64,000 nt of DNA, taken from positions 16,926,001 through 16,990,000 of the forward strand of contig OZ281497.1 in assembly GCA_965637545.1 (NCBI GenBank). Direction: 5' to 3'. Under the pieces are notes generated by a model. The model ran no database searches. It had not been told where the DNA came from and was given only the letters and a program-made list of their open reading frames with translations. This document shows positions 60,681 through 64,000 of this stretch, one piece after another (the stretch's first letter is position 1; each line of letters begins with the position of its first letter). Origin of the DNA: Phallusia mammillata. Its lineage: Eukaryota. The position numbers and the translations under genes are program-made.

Positions 60681-63670
60681 TTATTTATGCACAAGCGGAA
60701 AGGAAAACTGTTAATAAAGTTTAAAACTCTTGATCAACTCAAAAATGCTTTAAGGCACAAAGACATATAGAGGATGGCGTTTTTACATCACAATTTGGCA
60801 GATTTCTGTGTAAATAGCTTTTCCTGTTGCCAAATATTTGCCTTCGGTTTAAAGAATACCCACAAGTGTTTGAATTTTCATTACTGGTAGCACACAATTA
60901 GGTTGATTCGAAGAAACAGAAAATGTTTGCCAGCAACGCAGGCCTGATGACAGAGCCGAGCAACCGCCAACGCCGACTGAAATCAGCCAAGAAACCTCCC
61001 CCACGCCCTGCCCAATTCCTGGTAATTCATGCAGCAAATTAGCCAGAAAACAAAAAAGCCAACATACTCCGCGTTGCGTGCTGCTGCTGCCGTTTGTAGG
61101 TTTTACGCCGGACCTTGTCACGTTTTACATCGCTGCGCACGCCCCACACGCACAAAACCACATTCCCGACATATTTAGTTCCTGCGAATCCCCCCACCAA
61201 AACGTTTGCAAGTCGATAGTTCAGATTGCATTTTAAGGCAATAGTCAGGAAAAGCAGGCGCTGCTGGATAAACATACACATCTTTGTAGCTAAAAGTAAC
61301 TTTGTTCTGGTGCCGGGGGTGTGTGAGATGTTTTCTTTGGCATGAGGCTTAACGTGAATGACGTGCATCAACTCATTTGACCTTTGGCCTTGCGGCGCTT
61401 ATTAAGTCGATGTGTTATTATGGCGAGAAAATGGTGGCTAATATTGACCTATTCAAAGCACCTCTGACATCGCGGGTTAGATAAGCAAACTTGGAAATAA
61501 ACAGGATGAAGTGCAAACATTAATAATGGTCGAAATCTAAATTAAATTTTGCTTTGATAGGTAGACCAACGTTTTGCCTAGTGTTTGCCAAGTAATAAAA
61601 AGTTAAGGTTTACCAAACAACAGCATACGTAGATTTTCGCCTCGGCGCGTATCTGATTGCATACAGAAAACAACGCGTCGTTAATCACAATGAGATGGGC
61701 GCTTGGTTCTTTGAAATCCAAGCGCTTCAACCCAGGTTCAGACACGTAATTAACAAAGAATGCTATTGTAAATATCTCCAGGCGATTCCGAGTATCGAAT
61801 AACGTAAACAACTGTTATTTTTGGAAGTGCACAAACGTGACTGGCGCAGAAGAAATGCTGGGATAAGCCACCACAAGTAGGTTTAAACTTAAAAAGCGCC
61901 TAAGGAACCTTGGACCATTGCGTGTGCAGTACGGTCTGGTGCTGACTGGTCTAGTCTGTGGGTGTCGCTAATTCTTGGTACGCAAATCGTGTATTAAGTA
62001 AAGTGGGTGGCGATGGAACGGAACGGAACCTGCAATTAACTATAGTTAAAGTATACTACTCGCATGTAAACTTATAAATGCCGGTGTTTGGTACCATTGT
62101 CTTGTTACTCGTATTGCTGTGTAAAATGCAGATCTCTGTCTTCTGCGTCAATACTTGTACATGCACTGCTAAGCATAAGAGCAGTTGATTGGCTAAAAAT
62201 TTTGCAGAAAACAGTAGCAAACTCTGAGCAAACTAGTCATTGTCAATGTGGATAGACCAACGTCGATGATGGATAAAAATAGACACGAGAATCACGACCC
62301 CACAGCAAAAGCGAAGAGTTAACATCGTTACTTTTAGAAATAGCTGACAGAAGAAGTAGGTTTGAATAACCAGCAGATGAGTGAAAATTTTACACATGGA
62401 GTGATTGTAAGTAGCGATGGACAGTTAGAAATACAAGGGTTACACACTGACCAGACCTGCTGTAGTTGCAGTTGTTGCAGAAGTAAGAAAACGTCTCCAA
62501 TTTGTCGATGCAGCTGCCCTATTTCAAAACATTGTCCTTACAATGTGGTCTGTGCGGGAACCGGTGTGTAATTCACAATTGAAAGTTGTAAGTTTTAATC
62601 TATGAAAAACTGTATCAGCATACCAGTTACCTGAGTGGAAAGGAATACCTGCTATATAATATAGTGTAGCTGCATCGCGTTACCATCCACTCTTTTGCGT
62701 TCCATGACGTATTAACGGTGTGCAGTTATTTCCAGCTTGGTGATTGTTCAGTGCAATTGTGTCGCCATGTTTTCTTTCACCAAGCGTAGTCGACTCAACT
62801 CAACTCAATTCCCCACCCCTGTACTTGTGGTCCCCACAAAAAAGAACTATTACGCCATAATTCGGTCACGCATGGCCAAACGAGACAAGGTAAATTTGGT
62901 TACGCATGATCAGGCAAGGCACCGAGAAGGGAAAGAGATAAAACGCGAGAAGAAAAACAACAGAATGCAACCGGGGTGACCATGGGCGAAAAGCAGGCTT
63001 TGATGACGGGCCAGATTGTTTCCGTTCATGAAAATGCGGTTCCGGATTGGTTCGTGTTACAAGGGACCCGAACTGCGCTCAGTGCATTGTAGTTGTACTT
63101 GAATTTGGGCATAGTTCGAGTTGCTCCACTATGAACAGGTCGTTTCATAATTTGCAGGATTGTTCGTTGAAGGAGTTTTATCGATCTTCGACCGAAAGTT
63201 GGCCTTTTAGAAGTTACTGTGTTGTATAAGCACCTCTACATATTTACTACAAAACTTTAAAATTGGTTACCTTCAGCATAAAAATAAAAGTATTCATTGA
63301 TAGTTTTCATTTGTTCGCAGCAAATCGTGTTGGTGGTTTGAACATGTTGGACTTTTAATACAAATCGAGCATATACTAAGCGTTACTAGCGTCATATCCT
63401 TTGTCTGTTTTACAGCAAAACAGTATTTTTCAGCTCGTTTATAGAAACTGAAGGTTTGTTTGCAGAAGTAAAATTATCTTTTGTACGTAAATAGTAAAAC
63501 AAATACCGACAGTACAGCGAATTGTGATTAAACGATGTGCGCAATAGCGAGATTGCACATAGATAGTCACAGAGTATGTAATATGTCAAAACGAGATTTG
63601 ACGAGTGTCAATTATTGTGTTTACATTTCAGGCCGAGTAGGCTTTGTAACATTTTTTCATCTGTGCTGCG

Positions 63671-64000
63671 ATGGGAAACGGACAAAGAAAAATGCACAAA
63701 AACTTAGGAACAGAAGCTAATTCCGCATCGAATCACAACCATGCAAATAAAGACAACGATCAATCCAAAGAACTGAAAGAAAATTCCACCAAAGCCGAAG
63801 GACCTCCAAAACATCCCAACCTTCTTACCGAGGAAGCCCTAGGCGGAAAACACCCGCTCGAAATCTTCAAGGCATGGATGATGGAGGCCTTCCAAACAGG
63901 CGAGCCTGATCCCTTTTTTATGAATCTAGCCACAGCGACATCATGCGGCAAACCCAGCGTGCGGTTAGTGGCTCTAGGTGACTCTGACGAACGCGGACTG
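63671..64000 (+). CDS. PNPO: Pyridoxine/pyridoxamine 5'-phosphate oxidase-like FMN-binding protein (3'-partial; absent from the ORF track because its stop is outside the window)
   Basis: ATG at 63671 with in-frame TAA at 63647-63649 upstream; 110 open codons ending HPLEIFKAWMMEAFQTGEPDPFFMNLATATSCGKPSVRLVALGDSDERGL, matching the PdxH/PNPO pattern P...F..W..EA......M.LAT....G.PS.R.V.L...DERG. Splice acceptor tttcag at 63626-63631 lies 39 nt upstream. Family is clear; strict orthology is not. Confidence 0.8.
   Translation, partial: MGNGQRKMHKNLGTEANSASNHNHANKDNDQSKELKENSTKAEGPPKHPNLLTEEALGGKHPLEIFKAWMMEAFQTGEPDPFFMNLATATSCGKPSVRLVALGDSDERGL

Noticed and set aside
62362-62588. Cys-rich plus-strand ORF and an EGF-like GSCIDKLETFSYFCNNC on the minus strand
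   Set aside because: Cysteines arise from TGC/AGT-type low-complexity sequence; several frames are open, and no partner exon completing an EGF or metallothionein pattern was found.

Overview
AT-rich eukaryotic DNA with short GT-AG introns and chordate-type genes, most consistent with a tunicate (ascidian); the taxon is inferred. Genes assembled by hand with splice phases checked: POLE (minus, 12 N-terminal exons, runs off the window start), MRAS (plus, 6 exons, 200 aa), GFER/ALR (minus, 3 exons, 173 aa), PMS2 (minus, 13 exons, 820 aa), a candidate orphan 2-TM protein (plus, 23-27 kb), a PTH-receptor-like class B GPCR (plus, 40.7-56.1 kb) and the 5' end of a divergent PNPO-like gene at the window end. 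Non-autonomous DNA transposons are frequent: hAT MITEs with 8-bp TSDs (including a tandem pair and a nested pair) and a MULE-like family with a 9-bp TSD, one copy split by a Helentron-like insert. Main finding: the GPCR has two tandem homologous versions of the exon encoding the C-terminal third of its hormone-binding domain (44674-44819 and 45694-45827). Their phases allow only one per functional mRNA, so one gene could encode two ligand-binding pockets. All of this is from reading the sequence; no database searches or RNA data were available.
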